64,000 nucleotides of DNA from Limisphaerales bacterium (GTDB lineage Bacteria > Verrucomicrobiota > Verrucomicrobiia > Limisphaerales > UBA11358). The notes under the pieces were generated by a model. That model saw nothing but the letters and a program-made list of their open reading frames with translations, did no database searches and had not been told where the DNA came from. Location of the stretch: NCBI GenBank assembly GCA_003161635.1, contig PMOA01000053.1:137402-201401 (forward strand), written 5' to 3'. The stretch's first letter is position 1. Each line of letters starts with the position of its first letter. A program made the translations under genes and the position numbers. Positions 63,006 through 64,000 of the stretch are shown piece by piece.

Positions 63006-64000
63006 TTACTGCGCCGCGGTTTGCCTGACAGTCATGGCCGCGCGGAAAATTCTGAGCCGGCCATAATCGCAGGCGCCGCCCAGCGATTCAAATACGGCGG
63101 TGAGGTTGCCGAAGCCATTTCTTTCAAACGCCGCCGCAATCTTCTGTTGCTCCGTGTCCGTGAAGAAGCGTTTCAATTCAACCGACTCGTCGCGTTCAAT
63201 CGCCTCTGTCAGGTGTCCGTGGATTGTGCCCAGGGTCAAATTCCGTTCCTCGGCAATTTGCTCGACAGATTGTCCGGTACGGAAGCGGCGCAGGGTGTCC
63301 CGCACCGAATCCCCAAGGCTGTTTCGAGCAGGCGGGGCCGGCGCGGCGAACGAATCATCGGCGAAAATCTGGCGCGGATTGGTTTGCAAATAGGTGGCGA
63401 TTTCGGCGAGAAACACATCGCCAATCTCGCGCAGTTTCTTTTCGCCCACGCCGCTGATGCGCGCAAACTCGCGCTCGCTCGCCGGATAATCACGGGCCAT
63501 CTGCCGCAGCGCCACGTCGGAGAAAACAATGTAAGCCGGCACGTTGCGCTCGTCAGCCAATTGCTTGCGAAGTTTGCGCAGCCGGTCGAACAAAACTTCG
63601 TCGCACGCGATTTCGCCCGCGCGATGCACTTTCGATTTCGGCGCAGTCACGGGTTTGGTGAGGGTCACTTTCCGGCGTTGCTTGAGCGCGGCCAGCCCGT
63701 CATTTGTCAACTCCAGCACGCTGAATTTCTCCTTCGTCTGCCGCAGATAACCGAGCCGGACCAGCTCGCGGCCGATGGCCGCCCATTCCGGCCGGCTGTG
63801 TTCCCCGCCGATGCCGTATGTCGAGAGTTGCTCGTGATTCCACTTGCGAACCTTCTCCGTGTCCGCGCCGGTCAGGACCTCGATGACGTGGTTCAAACCG
63901 ACACCAAACCGGGTTTTCTCGCGGATGCGATAAACGCAGGAGAGAAATTTTTGCGCGGCCACCGTGCCGTCAAAAGTGGCGCGCGGCGAAAGGCAGTTGT
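63006..64000 (-). CDS. recQ: ATP-dependent DNA helicase RecQ, C-terminal part (zinc-binding/RQC, HRDC, C-terminal HTH); N-terminus lies beyond the window
   Basis: The frame stays open to position 64000 (...NCLSPRATFDGTVAAQKFLSCVYRI...). HRDC motif is LFDRLRKLRKQLADERNVPAYIVFSDVALRQMA. Confidence 0.9.
   Translation of the reverse strand, partial: NCLSPRATFDGTVAAQKFLSCVYRIREKTRFGVGLNHVIEVLTGADTEKVRKWNHEQLSTYGIGGEHSRPEWAAIGRELVRLGYLRQTKEKFSVLELTNDGLAALKQRRKVTLTKPVTAPKSKVHRAGEIACDEVLFDRLRKLRKQLADERNVPAYIVFSDVALRQMARDYPASEREFARISGVGEKKLREIGDVFLAEIATYLQTNPRQIFADDSFAAPAPPARNSLGDSVRDTLRRFRTGQSVEQIAEERNLTLGTIHGHLTEAIERDESVELKRFFTDTEQQKIAAAFERNGFGNLTAVFESLGGACDYGRLRIFRAAMTVRQTAAQ

Overview
64-kb bacterial chromosomal window, GC-rich overall with visibly AT-richer accessory patches. 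Gene content, signal peptides and repeat style look PVC/Verrucomicrobia-like, but that is inference only. Layout: (1) 1-10.4 kb is a housekeeping block: GspE/PilB-type ATPase, purU, CBM48 protein, TPR protein, hisI, trpE and an NfeD-stomatin pair. (2) 10.4-19.8 kb is an accessory patch. It holds a split DUF5677-like gene, a small basic repeat protein (two paralogues in the window), a GH5-like/PA14 hydrolase and a lone receiver-domain gene bracketed by 24-nt direct repeats. It also holds a gene string of secreted S1/P1 nuclease, secreted EndoG/NucA-type nuclease, SLOG (MoCo-carrier-like) protein and TPR-like protein. (3) 19.8-28.2 kb is an SOS-type block. A PD-(D/E)XK-DinG/XPD helicase and a GIY-YIG (Cho-like) gene lie divergent from lexA across a perfect 22-bp palindrome. 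Downstream of lexA, one 1454-codon ORF fuses a catalytically intact-looking Y-family polymerase to a DnaE2-type polymerase. (4) 28.3-49.9 kb is a composite island. It contains small secreted/hypothetical genes, HEPN-like and NERD-like ORFs, and a sulfo-/methyl-/glycosyl-transferase string with covarying hairpin elements. It also contains a 1098-aa Mrr-like nuclease-SF2 helicase with helicase-associated (HA) repeats and an internal 219-bp tandem duplication, and a second copy of the S1/P1 nuclease (about 89% identical by my manual count) with a second TPR paralogue. LysR, Smr and HU genes follow. The island ends with an integration module (HTH genes, a two-domain beta-clamp-like ORF, tyrosine integrase) next to an orphan 3' portion of tRNA-Tyr. 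(5) 50-64 kb is a housekeeping block: pepN, propeller sensor kinase plus NarL-type regulator, class II fba, AddB-like nuclease, msrB and the 3' part of recQ. No rRNA, intact tRNA or CRISPR array was seen. The most unusual items are the DinB-like::DnaE2 fusion and the truncated clamp-like gene in the integrase module. Also unusual are four-unit heptanucleotide tandem repeats embedded in frame at three places in addB (with related tracts in two spacers), and several short repeat/hairpin families with structure-preserving substitutions.
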